DNA of 64,000 nt from Solirubrobacterales bacterium (GCA_046330295.1 JAXLTB010000001.1:87207-151206); one strand, 5' to 3'. Shown: positions 36,962-45,687, counted from the first letter of the stretch. Numbers and translations: made by a program. Notes: generated by a model not told the origin, from the sequence alone.

Positions 36962-37675
36962 TCAGGTCAGCTCGAGCTGGGAGTAGGCGACCGACTGGAA
37001 CGAGCGGCGGTGCAGCGGTGAGATCCCGATCTCCTCGATCGCGGCGCGGTGCTCGGGAGTCGAGTACCCAACGTGCTCCTCAAACCCCCAGCCCGGATGC
37101 TCGCGGGCGGCCTCCTGCATGTAGCGGTCGCGGGTGACCTTGGCAATGACCGAGGCGGCGGCGATCGCGGCGCTGGTGCCGTCTCCCTGCACGACCGCCC
37201 GGTGCGGGACCGCGCAGCGCGGCAGCGGGAATCCGTCGACGAGGCTGATCGCCGATTCCCCCGGGCGTAGCCGTTCGAGAGCGTTGGAGAGCGCTTCGAT
37301 GTTGGTCACGTGCAGGCCGCGCCGGTCGATTCCGGCCGCCGAGCGGATCACGACGCTGACCCGCTCCGCCGCGCGCAGCACGCACGGGTACATCTCCAGC
37401 CGCCGCTCGACCGTCATCTGCTTGGAGTCGTGCAGGCCGGCGAGGGCGCGGCGATCGGCGGTCGAGAGCGTCTCGTAGTCGATCAGGACCGCGGCCGCCA
37501 CCAGCGGGCCGGCGAGGCAGCCGCGCCCGGCCTCGTCGGCACCGGCCACGTAGCGGCTCTGCAGCCCGCGGTCGAAGGCGAACAGGCGGCGGCTCCGCGC
37601 CAGCCTGCGGCGGTGGGACTTCGGCTTAGAAGATGCCGATGCGGTCGGGCGGCCAGTAGGTGGCAAAGGCCTCAC
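36962..37675 (-). CDS. rnhB: Ribonuclease HII
   Basis: VAGADEAGRGCLAGPLVAAAV, DSKQM, ASVIAK. The start is uncertain. GTG 37675 or TTG 37666 overlap the lepB 3' end by 41-50 nt, and the track start 37732 overlaps it by 107 nt. Confidence 0.85.
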   Translation of the reverse strand: MRPLPPTGRPTASASSKPKSHRRRLARSRRLFAFDRGLQSRYVAGADEAGRGCLAGPLVAAAVLIDYETLSTADRRALAGLHDSKQMTVERRLEMYPCVLRAAERVSVVIRSAAGIDRRGLHVTNIEALSNALERLRPGESAISLVDGFPLPRCAVPHRAVVQGDGTSAAIAAASVIAKVTRDRYMQEAAREHPGWGFEEHVGYSTPEHRAAIEEIGISPLHRRSFQSVAYSQLELT

Positions 37676-38195
37676 CGATGATCCAGTCGCGGGGTACCGG
37701 TCCCCAGAAGCGGCTGTCGTCGCTTGCCCCACGATTGTCGCCCATCATGAAGTAGTGGCCGGGTGGAACCCTGATCGTCCTCGGCATGTTGCAGGCGCCG
37801 GCGTGTCCGCAGGGGATGGTGTAGGGCTCGTTCTTCTTCTCGACCCCGTTGACGACCGGGTGGCCGTCCTTGATGGAGAGGGTGTCGCCCGGCCCTGCGA
37901 CGATCCGCTTGATGAAGTTCTGGCTCGACTCGCCGCTGGTCGGCTGAGGGCACGGTTCACCGACCTTGGGCTGGACGCCGCATTCGGTGCCGTTGTCGGC
38001 GCCTGCCGGCGGATGGAAGACGACGATGTCGCCGATCGAGGGATCTTCGAAGTTGTAGAGGAAGCGGTTGACGAGGACCCGCTGGCCGACGTCGAGCGTA
38101 GGCTCCATCGATTCCGAGGGGATCTGGTACGGCTTGACCACCCAGGCCTGGATCGCCAGCGCAAGCCCCAGGGCCAGCGCGACGATGACGACCAA
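37626..38195 (-). CDS. lepB: Signal peptidase I
   Basis: 189 aa. IPSESMEPTL (Ser box), GDIVVF, KRIVAGPGD, GDNRGASDDSRFWG. TTG start. Confidence 0.9.
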   Translation of the reverse strand: MVVIVALALGLALAIQAWVVKPYQIPSESMEPTLDVGQRVLVNRFLYNFEDPSIGDIVVFHPPAGADNGTECGVQPKVGEPCPQPTSGESSQNFIKRIVAGPGDTLSIKDGHPVVNGVEKKNEPYTIPCGHAGACNMPRTIRVPPGHYFMMGDNRGASDDSRFWGPVPRDWIIGEAFATYWPPDRIGIF

Positions 38196-38242
38196 CTCGA
38201 CCAGCCCGCCGCCCTTGCCCTTCGGCTTCGGGAACGAGAGTT

Positions 38243-38884
38243 TCAGGCTGCCGAATCCTCGTCGGACTGGCCGGCTGCCGCCGGCTCCTCGTCCTCGGCA
38301 TCCTCTGACGCTGGTTTGTCCTCGGTCTCCCCCGCCTCGGGCGCTGCCGCGTCCGTGTCCGCCGCCGCCTCTACCTCCGGCTCCGTCTCAGCCTCGGGCT
38401 CGGTCTCCGCCGCCGCCTTGGTCGCCGCCGCCTCCGTCTCCGCCCCCGCGACCTCGGCTTCCTCCTGGCTGACGCCCTCGGCGTCGACCGCTTCGGGCTC
38501 GGCCGCGGTGGGGGTGGAGACCATCTCCTCGTCGATGCCCCAGCGCCGCTCGGCGACGCGGGCGGCCTTGCCGACCCGGCCGCGCAGGTAGTAGAGCTTG
38601 GCCCGACGTACGGCCCCGCGCGCGGCGACCTCGAGTTTCTCGATCTTCGGCGAGTGCAGCGGGAACGTCCGCTCGACGCCGACCCCGAAGGACTGCTTGC
38701 GCACCGTGAAGGTCTCCCGGGCGCCCGAGCCCTGGCGACGCAAGACGACGCCCTCGAAGACCTGGGTGCGCTTGCGGGTCCCCTCGATCACCTGGAAGTG
38801 GACGCGCACGCGATCGCCCGGGCTGAAGGAGGGAAGGCCCTTCTTCAGCTGGTCGCGCTCGATGCTGTCGATTACGGAGCTCAT
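38243..38884 (-). CDS. rplS: 50S ribosomal protein L19 with long acidic C-terminal extension
   Basis: Start at ATG 38884 ([15 protein letters not shown]). The core runs through [18 protein letters not shown]. It is followed by about 100 aa of Ala/Glu/Asp/Pro/Thr-rich tail. Confidence 0.9.
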   Translation of the reverse strand: MSSVIDSIERDQLKKGLPSFSPGDRVRVHFQVIEGTRKRTQVFEGVVLRRQGSGARETFTVRKQSFGVGVERTFPLHSPKIEKLEVAARGAVRRAKLYYLRGRVGKAARVAERRWGIDEEMVSTPTAAEPEAVDAEGVSQEEAEVAGAETEAAATKAAAETEPEAETEPEVEAAADTDAAAPEAGETEDKPASEDAEDEEPAAAGQSDEDSAA

Positions 38885-38978
38885 TTGGCGAGAAAAAACC
38901 GCCGGACCCAGGCTCGGGAACCGCGCGGTGGCGGAATGGTAGCCCAAAGCCCATTCGGCGCGGGTGGTGGCATCGTCG

Positions 38979-39035
38979 CGGATCCGCTACAAGAGGACCG
39001 TTCCGGTGTTCCCATTCTGCGATGGAGCGGATCCG
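38979..39035 (-). promoter_or_regulatory. Perfect 10-bp inverted repeat (stem-loop) in the 313-nt trmD-rplS spacer; candidate rplS leader structure
   Basis: CGGATCCGCT (38979-38988) pairs with AGCGGATCCG (39026-39035) across a 37-nt loop. A T6 run (38893-38898 on the minus strand) follows GC-rich palindromes 8 nt before the rplS ATG. Confidence 0.3.
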
Positions 39036-39197
39036 TGCAAGGCCGGCGGCAAGCGCGGTGGTCGGGTCGGTGCTCCTCTTCGCCGCCGCCGCTGCTTCCG
39101 TGCACTTCACGCCGCTCCGAGCCCGACGACCCGCGCCCGTTCGTGAGCAGCGACCGATCGGGGCCCGACTCCAGCGAGTCGGCGCCTTGGCGCCAGC

Positions 39198-39875
39198 CTA
39201 ATCGGAGCCGGCCTCGAACCTCTTGGCACGTGCCCGGCTCTGCTCGAGCCTCCACCGGCGCACCTTCTCGTGGTCTCCGGAGAGCAGGATCTCGGGTACC
39301 CCCCAGCCCCGGTGGACGGGCGGGCGGGTGTAGTGCGGGTACTCGGGCATGCCCTCCAGCACCTGGCCGAAGGACTCCTCGACGGCGGAATCCGCGTGCC
39401 CGAGGGCGCCCGGCAGCTTGCGCATGACAACGTCGGCCAGGACCATCGCCGGCAGCTCGCCGCCAGCCAGGACGTAGCGCCCGATCGAGACCTCGTCGTC
39501 GGCGAGGTGCTCGTGCACCCGCTGGTCGAAGCCCTCGTAGCGCCCGCAGAGGACGGCAACGTGGGGCTCCGCCGTCAACTCGTCGGCCAGCTCGTCGTCC
39601 AGCAGCCGGCCGGTCGGCGAGAGGAGGACGATCCGCGGCCTCCCGCCCTCGCCGTAGGCGGCCTGCAACGCCGCGTCGACCACGTCGACCCGCAGCACCA
39701 TCCCCGCCCCGCCGCCATAGGGCGAGTCGTCGACCTGGCCGGCGGTAAGCGGCGTCGTATCGCGATAGTTGAACAGCCGCAGCTCGTTCCCTTCCCGGAT
39801 CGCGTTCTGCACCGAGCGCTGGCCCTGGAACCAATCGAAGGCCTCGGGGAAGAGTGTGAAGATGTCGAGCTTCAT
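39198..39875 (-). CDS. trmD: tRNA (guanine37-N1)-methyltransferase
   Basis: Start at ATG 39875 (MKLDIFTLFPEAF). Motifs DDSPYGGGAGMVL, CGRYEGFDQRV, SIGRYVLAGGELPAMV. The track ORF's extra 43 N-terminal codons are unlikely to be real. Confidence 0.9.
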   Translation of the reverse strand: MKLDIFTLFPEAFDWFQGQRSVQNAIREGNELRLFNYRDTTPLTAGQVDDSPYGGGAGMVLRVDVVDAALQAAYGEGGRPRIVLLSPTGRLLDDELADELTAEPHVAVLCGRYEGFDQRVHEHLADDEVSIGRYVLAGGELPAMVLADVVMRKLPGALGHADSAVEESFGQVLEGMPEYPHYTRPPVHRGWGVPEILLSGDHEKVRRWRLEQSRARAKRFEAGSD

Positions 39876-40007
39876 GAGCTGGCCTGTCTGCGGGTTCGGG
39901 CGAGGGCGGAGCGTCTTGCACTTCTTCGCGGCAGCGGTCCTCGGACGGCGCCTGGCGATTCTCGGAAAAGTTAAGCGGAACCCTGACCCGGACCCCGCGA
40001 GCAATCC

Positions 40008-40238
40008 TCAGTCAAGAATGTCGACGATCACCCGTCGGTCGATCCTGACGGCAGCGGCCTTGGCGATCGTGCGGATCGCGTTGGCGACTCGCCCGCCCTT
40101 GCCGATCACTCGCCCCAGGTCGCCCTCGGCGACGCTGATCTCGTAGACGAGGTCGCCGTCCTCTTCCAGCTCCTCGACAACGACCGCCTCGGGGTCCTCG
40201 ACCAATGCCCTGACGAGAAACTCGAGCAGCTCGGTCAT
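40008..40238 (-). CDS. KH-domain RNA-binding protein (UPF0109/YlqC-like)
   Basis: 76 aa. GRVIGKGGRVANAIRTI (GxxG loop). Canonical position after rpsP. Confidence 0.85.
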   Translation of the reverse strand: MTELLEFLVRALVEDPEAVVVEELEEDGDLVYEISVAEGDLGRVIGKGGRVANAIRTIAKAAAVRIDRRVIVDILD

Positions 40239-40252
40239 CGGGCGCTGGCGAC

Positions 40253-40507
40253 CTAGCTGCCGGAGGCGGCGATGCCCTTGGTGCGCAACAGCCCGGCGAC
40301 TGTCTCGGACGGCTGGGCGCCATGCTCGAGCCAGTGGCGCGCGCGCTCCTCGTCGAACTCGATCAGCGACGGGTTGGTCTGCGGGTTGTACTGGCCGATC
40401 GTCTCGATCGTCCGACCGTCGCGCGGCGAGCGCTTGTCGGCGACCACGATGCGCCAGATGGGGTTCTTCTTGGAACCCACTCGTCTGAGTCTTATCCGAA
40501 CAGCCAT
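40253..40507 (-). CDS. rpsP: 30S ribosomal protein S16
   Basis: MAVRIRLRRVGSKKNPIWRIVVADKRSPRDGRTIETIGQYNP. Confidence 0.95.
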   Translation of the reverse strand: MAVRIRLRRVGSKKNPIWRIVVADKRSPRDGRTIETIGQYNPQTNPSLIEFDEERARHWLEHGAQPSETVAGLLRTKGIAASGS

Positions 40508-40520
40508 GAGCGGCGAGAGG

Positions 40521-41885
40521 TTAGCGCCTGCGCCCCTTCGGGCGCGGGGCGCCCCCCGCCATCTGCGCCAGCCGTTGCGGGTCGGGCATCTTGCCGGAGG
40601 CCATCGAGCGCATCATCACCCGCATCTGATCGAACTGCTTGACCAGCTGGTTGACGTGCTGAACCCGCGTTCCGGAGCCGTTTGCGATCCGCTTTCGCCG
40701 CGATCCGTTGATCAGCCCCGGGTCGGCGCGCTCGGCGGGGGTCATCGAGAGGATGATCGCCTCGACCCGGTCCAACTCGCCCTCGTCGACATTGGCGTTC
40801 TTCAGCTGTTTCATCGCCCCCATCCCCGGCAGCATCCCAATCAGGCCGCTGAGCGGGCCCATTTTGCGCACCTGGCGCATCTGCGTGAGGAAGTCCTCGA
40901 GGGTGAACTGGTCGCGGCGCAGCTTCTCCTGCAGGTCGAGCGCCTGCTTCTCGTCGACCTGCTGCTCGGCTTTCTCGATCAGGCTGAGGACGTCGCCCAT
41001 GCCGAGGATCCGCGAGGCCATCCGGTCGGGGTGGAACTTCTCGAAATCCTCCAGCTTCTCGCCGGTGGAGGCGAAGAGGATCGGCTTGCCGGTGACGGCT
41101 TTGACCGAGAGGGCGGCGCCGCCGCGGGCGTCGCCGTCGAGCTTGGTCATCACGACGCCGTCGAACTCGGCGGCGTCGGCGAAGGATTCGGCGACCCCGA
41201 CGGCGTCCTGGCCGGTCATCGCGTCGACCACCAGCAGCACGTCGTGCGGCTTGGTCTTCTTGCGGATCCGAGAAAGCTCGGCCATCAGGTCCTGGTCGAT
41301 GTGGAGGCGACCGGCGGTGTCGACGATCAGCACGTCGCGCCGCTCCGCTCGCGCCTGCTCCAACGCCCAGGCGGCGATGTCGACCGGGTCGGCCTCGGTC
41401 CCCTGCTGGTAGACGTGGGCGCCGGCGCGCTCGCCGACGGTGACGAGCTGGTCGACCGCGGCCGGCCGGTAGACGTCGCAGGCGGCAAGGGCGACGTCCT
41501 TGCCCGCCTTGCCGAAGTGGAGCGCCAGCTTGGCGCAGGCGGTGGTCTTGCCGGAACCCTGCAAACCGGCCATCAGGATCACCGTCGGACCGCTGGAGGC
41601 CATCGCCAGCTCGCTGCCGGTGCCCCCCATCAGCGCCGCCAGCTCCTCGTTGACGATCTTCACCACCTGCTGGCCGGGATCGAGACTCTCCAGCACGTCG
41701 GAGCCGAGGCAGCGCTCCTTCAGGGTCGCCGTGAACGATTTGACGACTTTGAAGTTGACGTCGGCCTCGAGCAGGGCGAGGCGGATCTCCCGCATCGCCG
41801 CGTCGACGTCGGATTCGCCCAGTTTGCCGCGAGAGCGGACGTCGGAGAGGGTCGCCTGGAGACGGTCTGAGAGCTGGTCGAACAT
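40521..41885 (-). CDS. ffh: Signal recognition particle protein Ffh
   Basis: 454 aa. GLQGSGKTT, DTAGR, TKLDGDARGGAALS, and a Met-rich M domain. Confidence 0.95.
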   Translation of the reverse strand: MFDQLSDRLQATLSDVRSRGKLGESDVDAAMREIRLALLEADVNFKVVKSFTATLKERCLGSDVLESLDPGQQVVKIVNEELAALMGGTGSELAMASSGPTVILMAGLQGSGKTTACAKLALHFGKAGKDVALAACDVYRPAAVDQLVTVGERAGAHVYQQGTEADPVDIAAWALEQARAERRDVLIVDTAGRLHIDQDLMAELSRIRKKTKPHDVLLVVDAMTGQDAVGVAESFADAAEFDGVVMTKLDGDARGGAALSVKAVTGKPILFASTGEKLEDFEKFHPDRMASRILGMGDVLSLIEKAEQQVDEKQALDLQEKLRRDQFTLEDFLTQMRQVRKMGPLSGLIGMLPGMGAMKQLKNANVDEGELDRVEAIILSMTPAERADPGLINGSRRKRIANGSGTRVQHVNQLVKQFDQMRVMMRSMASGKMPDPQRLAQMAGGAPRPKGRRR

Positions 41886-41924
41886 GGCTGCTCAGCTTAG
41901 ACGGGCGCCCCGCCTGGTGAGGAT

Positions 41925-42854
41925 CTACTCGGCCAGCAGGGCGGCGGCGTACTCGGCGGGATCGAACGGGCGCAGGTCCTCCAGCGTCTCGCCGACGCCG
42001 ATCAGCTTCACCGGAATCCCGAGGTCGGCGGCGATCGCCAGCGCGATTCCGCCCTTGGCGGTGCCGTCGAGCTTGGTTAGGACCACTCCGTCCAGGGCGA
42101 CAGCCTCGGAGAAGACCTTGGCCTGGCGCAGGCCATTCTGGCCGGTGGTGGCGTCGATCGAGATCAGCGTCTCGTGCGGGGCATCCGGGATCTGCTTGGC
42201 GATCACCCGTTTCACCTTGGCCAGCTCCTCCATCAGGTTTTCCTGGGTGTGCAGGCGGCCGGCGGTGTCGACGATGACGACGTCGGCGCCGCGGGCGCGG
42301 GCGGCGGAGATCGCGTCGTAGGCGACCGAGCCGGGGTCGGCGCCGGGGTCTGAGCGGACCAGCTCGGCACCCGCCCGCCGCGCCCACTCCGCCAGCTGCT
42401 CGGAGGCGGCGGCGCGGTAGGTGTCGGCAGCCGCGAGGACGACCGAGAGGCCCATCTCCCTGCTCAGGTGCCAGGCGATCTTGCCGGCCGTCGTCGTCTT
42501 CCCGGTGCCGTTGACGCCGACCATCATCAGCACCGCGGGCTCGCCGCTGAGGTCGATCGGGGCCCGGCCGGTGGCGGCAACCTCGGCGAGGATCTCGATC
42601 AGGCGGTCGCGGACCCCGGCGCCGTCGGCGGGCACTGCCCCCGAGTCGACCTCGTGCTCGAGCCGTTCGACCACCGCGGCGGTGGTCGGCGCGCCGACGT
42701 CGGCGAGGATCAGCGCCTCCTCCAGGCGCTCCCAGGGTGCCTCGTCGATGCGGTCGAAGAGGCTGGCCGAGATCTCCTCGGTCAGCGCCTGGCGGCTCTT
42801 GGAGAGGCTCTCGCGCAGGCGCCGGAAGACGCCGCGGCGCTCGGATTCGGCCAT
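41925..42854 (-). CDS. ftsY: Signal recognition particle receptor FtsY
   Basis: Start taken at ATG 42854 (MAESERRGVFRRLRESLSKS). GVNGTGKTT, DTAGRLH, TKLDGTAKGG. The upstream part of the 431-aa track ORF is Arg/Trp/Ser-rich noise. Confidence 0.9.
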   Translation of the reverse strand: MAESERRGVFRRLRESLSKSRQALTEEISASLFDRIDEAPWERLEEALILADVGAPTTAAVVERLEHEVDSGAVPADGAGVRDRLIEILAEVAATGRAPIDLSGEPAVLMMVGVNGTGKTTTAGKIAWHLSREMGLSVVLAAADTYRAAASEQLAEWARRAGAELVRSDPGADPGSVAYDAISAARARGADVVIVDTAGRLHTQENLMEELAKVKRVIAKQIPDAPHETLISIDATTGQNGLRQAKVFSEAVALDGVVLTKLDGTAKGGIALAIAADLGIPVKLIGVGETLEDLRPFDPAEYAAALLAE

Positions 42855-42933
42855 TTCGGGCGCAGCCTCGGCGGCGGCAGCGCGCGCGCCGAGGTCGATT
42901 ATCTCCTGCCAGCTGGTCGCCACCGGCGGAAAG

Positions 42934-43275
42934 CTATCCGGCCCGCCGCTGCGCCGCCGCCAGTAGCGGCGGCGGGGCGAAGTTTCGGAACCAGTCGTTG
43001 AGGCTCCAGATCGTCCGCGCTCCCAGCGGGTGCCTGGAGGCTTTGAGGTCGTCCATCGCCGCCGAGATGCCATCGGCGAGCGCGTGATGGGTCTTGTAGA
43101 CGACGGCGAAGCGATCCTCGTCGAATCCGTCGACGAGCACCAGCTCCCAGGGCGGCCGCGAGCGGTCCAGCGGGGGCGCCAGCACGGCGCCGATCGCCAT
43201 CTGCCCGTTCGCTTTCTCATTCGCCAGGAACGACGTGTCGAGCGACGTCAGCCTGTCCATGTGACGTTGCGGCAT
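42934..43275 (-). pseudogene. Wax-ester synthase / diacylglycerol acyltransferase (WS/DGAT) remnant
   Basis: LTSLDTSFLANEKANGQMAIGAVL is fused directly to PLDRSRPPWELVLVDGFDEDRFAVVYKTHHALADGIS (HHxxxDG active site). About 85 aa are missing internally and about 330 aa are missing from the C-terminus. Confidence 0.6.
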
Positions 43276-43311
43276 ATCCCCCCAGTCGGAGGGTACCCCC
43301 GCGGCCCGGGA

Positions 43312-45687
43312 CTAGGCCACAGCCGAGAGCGCTCCGCCTCCGCCCTCCCCTTCGCCCCGCTCCTCCTCGGCGACGTCCCGCGGCAGGCGCCGCGAGACGA
43401 CCTTGGTGACGCCGTCGCCGCCCATGCTGACCCCGTAGAGGACGTCGGCGGCGTCCATCGTCCGTTTCTGGTGGGTGACGATGACGAACTGGGCGCGGTC
43501 AGAGAAGCGTCGGATTAGCTGCAGGAAGCGGTCGATGTTGGCGTCGTCGAGGGCCGCCTCGACCTCGTCGAGGATGTAGAAGGGGCAGGGTCGGGCGAGG
43601 AAGACCGCGAAGACGAAAGCCAGCGCGACCAGCGACTTCTCGCCGCCAGAGAGAAGCGAGAGCTTGCGGGTCGACTTTCCGGCCGGGGTCACCTCGATCT
43701 CGACCCCGAGCTCGTCGCGCTCTTCCTCTGACTCCTCGTCCTCGGGCTCCGGCTCGGCGTCGGTCGGGACCTCTTGCTCGCCGCTTGGTCGTTCCTCGTC
43801 GCTGACCGGGCGCAGGCTGACCCGGCGCAGGCGGCCGCGTCCGCCCGGGAAGAGGTGCTCGACCATCTCCTCGAAGTTCTTCGCGGTCGCCTCGAAGGTC
43901 TGCTCGAAGGCGCGCTCGATCTCCCCGTCGATGTCGCGGATCAGAGTCTCCAGCTCCCGCATCGCCCGCTCGGTGTCCTCGCGCTGGGCCTGGAGGCTCT
44001 CGACGTGCTCGCGAGCCTCGTCGTACTCGCGCTCGGCCAGCGGGTTGACCGGGCCGATCTGGGCGCGGCGGCGCTCGAGCCGCTCGAGGCGGCGGTCGAT
44101 GTCGGCCCGCTCCTCGTCGCTCAGCGCCTCCTCGGCCGGGGGGATCTCCTCGTCGAGCCGCTCGGCGATCGTCGCCAGCTCGCGCTCGGCCTCGGCCCGG
44201 CGGTCGCCGAGATGGGCGGCCTCGACCTCGGCCTTCGTCAGCTCGTCGGAGGCGGACTTCATCTCCGCCTGCAGCTCGAACTCCTGCTGGGAGCAGGCGC
44301 GCAGCTCCTCGGCGATCTCGTCGCCGTCGCCCTCGCCGCCGACGACCGCGCGCTCGGTGCGCTCGATCCGGGCGCGGATAGCCGCCCCGACGCCTTCGAT
44401 CGCCGCCACCGCGGCGCGGATGTCGTCGAGCAGCTCCTCGCTGCCGGCCACTCGCTTGCGCAGCGCCTCGCGATGGCGCTCGCCCAGCAGGCCCTCCGCC
44501 CGGCGGGCATGCCGCGAGGCCCGCTCGGCGCCGCCGCGGACGTCGCCGAGCGCCGCCTCGCGGGCCGACTCGGCGGCCTCCCCCGAGCGGGCGACGGCGA
44601 GCCCGTCGACCGCGGTCCTCAGTCCCGCGTCGACCTCGGCCAACTCCTCCTCCAGCTTGCGCGCCCGCTCGGCGGGCGCGCTGCCAGCGGTCACGTCCAG
44701 GGTCAGCGGGCCCAGCTCGGCGCGCAGACTCTCCAGCCTCGCCTCGACCTCGGTCTCGCGCCCGGAGAGGCGGGCGGCACGGACCGCGACGCGCTCCTGC
44801 TCGCCGCGCAGCTTCGTCAGCATGCCCCAGGCCTGGGTGCGCTGGCGGTCGCGGGCGGCGAAGCGCTCCTCGGCGTCGCGGCGGCGCTTGCTCATCTCGG
44901 CCAGGCGCTCCTCGATCTTGCTTCGCGTCGCGCGGGCCGCGGTTGCTGCCTTGGCCGCGGCCGCAGCGCGATCGGCGCCGAAACGGAGCTCCTCGGAGAC
45001 CAGGCGGGCGCGCAGGCCGAGCTCCTCGCGCTCGATCCGGGCCCCCAGCTCCGCCGCCTGGGCCTGGCGCTTGAGCGGCCGCAGGCGGGCGCGGGCCTCG
45101 CGCTCGACGTCGAGCGCGCGGTCGAGGTTGTCGCGGGTCCCGAGCAGTTTCAGCTCGGCCCGGCGACGGCGTTTGCGGTGCTTGCCGAGACCGGCGGCCT
45201 CCTCGACCAGGAGCCGCCGCTCGCGCGGCTTGGAGTGGACGATGGTCTCGACCCGGCCCTGGCTGATCACCGAATGCATCTCGCGCCCGAGGTTGGTGTC
45301 GGAGAGGACGTCGGTGACGTCGGCGAGGCGGCAGCGGGCGCCGTTGAGCCGGTATACGCCCTCGCCCGAGCGGTCGAGCCGGCGCTGCACGGCGATCTCG
45401 GAGAACTCGGTCGCAGCGCGGCCGTCGGAGTTGTCGATCACGACCTCGACCTCGGCCGCGCGGCGCTGGCCGATGCCCTTGCCGCCGGCGGAGATCACGT
45501 CCTGCATCGAGGCGCCGCGGACGGCTCCGGGGCTCTGCTCGCCCAGCGCCCAGAGGACGGCGTCGGTGATGTTGGACTTGCCGGAGCCGTTGGGCCCGAC
45601 GATCACGCTGACGCCGGGTGAGAACTCGAGGCTCACCCGCTCGGGGAACGACTTGAACCCCTTCATCGTGATCGATCTCAGATACAT
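43312..45687 (-). CDS. smc: SMC-type chromosome partition ATPase, unusually short (791 aa), no recognisable hinge
   Basis: N-head MYLRSITMKGFKSF...GPNGSGKSN. C-head LSGGEKSLVALAFVFA, FYILDEVEAALDD, VTHQKRTM. Only about 380 aa of Ala/Arg/Glu coiled coil lie between the heads. Confidence 0.85.
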   Translation of the reverse strand: MYLRSITMKGFKSFPERVSLEFSPGVSVIVGPNGSGKSNITDAVLWALGEQSPGAVRGASMQDVISAGGKGIGQRRAAEVEVVIDNSDGRAATEFSEIAVQRRLDRSGEGVYRLNGARCRLADVTDVLSDTNLGREMHSVISQGRVETIVHSKPRERRLLVEEAAGLGKHRKRRRRAELKLLGTRDNLDRALDVEREARARLRPLKRQAQAAELGARIEREELGLRARLVSEELRFGADRAAAAAKAATAARATRSKIEERLAEMSKRRRDAEERFAARDRQRTQAWGMLTKLRGEQERVAVRAARLSGRETEVEARLESLRAELGPLTLDVTAGSAPAERARKLEEELAEVDAGLRTAVDGLAVARSGEAAESAREAALGDVRGGAERASRHARRAEGLLGERHREALRKRVAGSEELLDDIRAAVAAIEGVGAAIRARIERTERAVVGGEGDGDEIAEELRACSQQEFELQAEMKSASDELTKAEVEAAHLGDRRAEAERELATIAERLDEEIPPAEEALSDEERADIDRRLERLERRRAQIGPVNPLAEREYDEAREHVESLQAQREDTERAMRELETLIRDIDGEIERAFEQTFEATAKNFEEMVEHLFPGGRGRLRRVSLRPVSDEERPSGEQEVPTDAEPEPEDEESEEERDELGVEIEVTPAGKSTRKLSLLSGGEKSLVALAFVFAVFLARPCPFYILDEVEAALDDANIDRFLQLIRRFSDRAQFVIVTHQKRTMDAADVLYGVSMGGDGVTKVVSRRLPRDVAEEERGEGEGGGGALSAVA

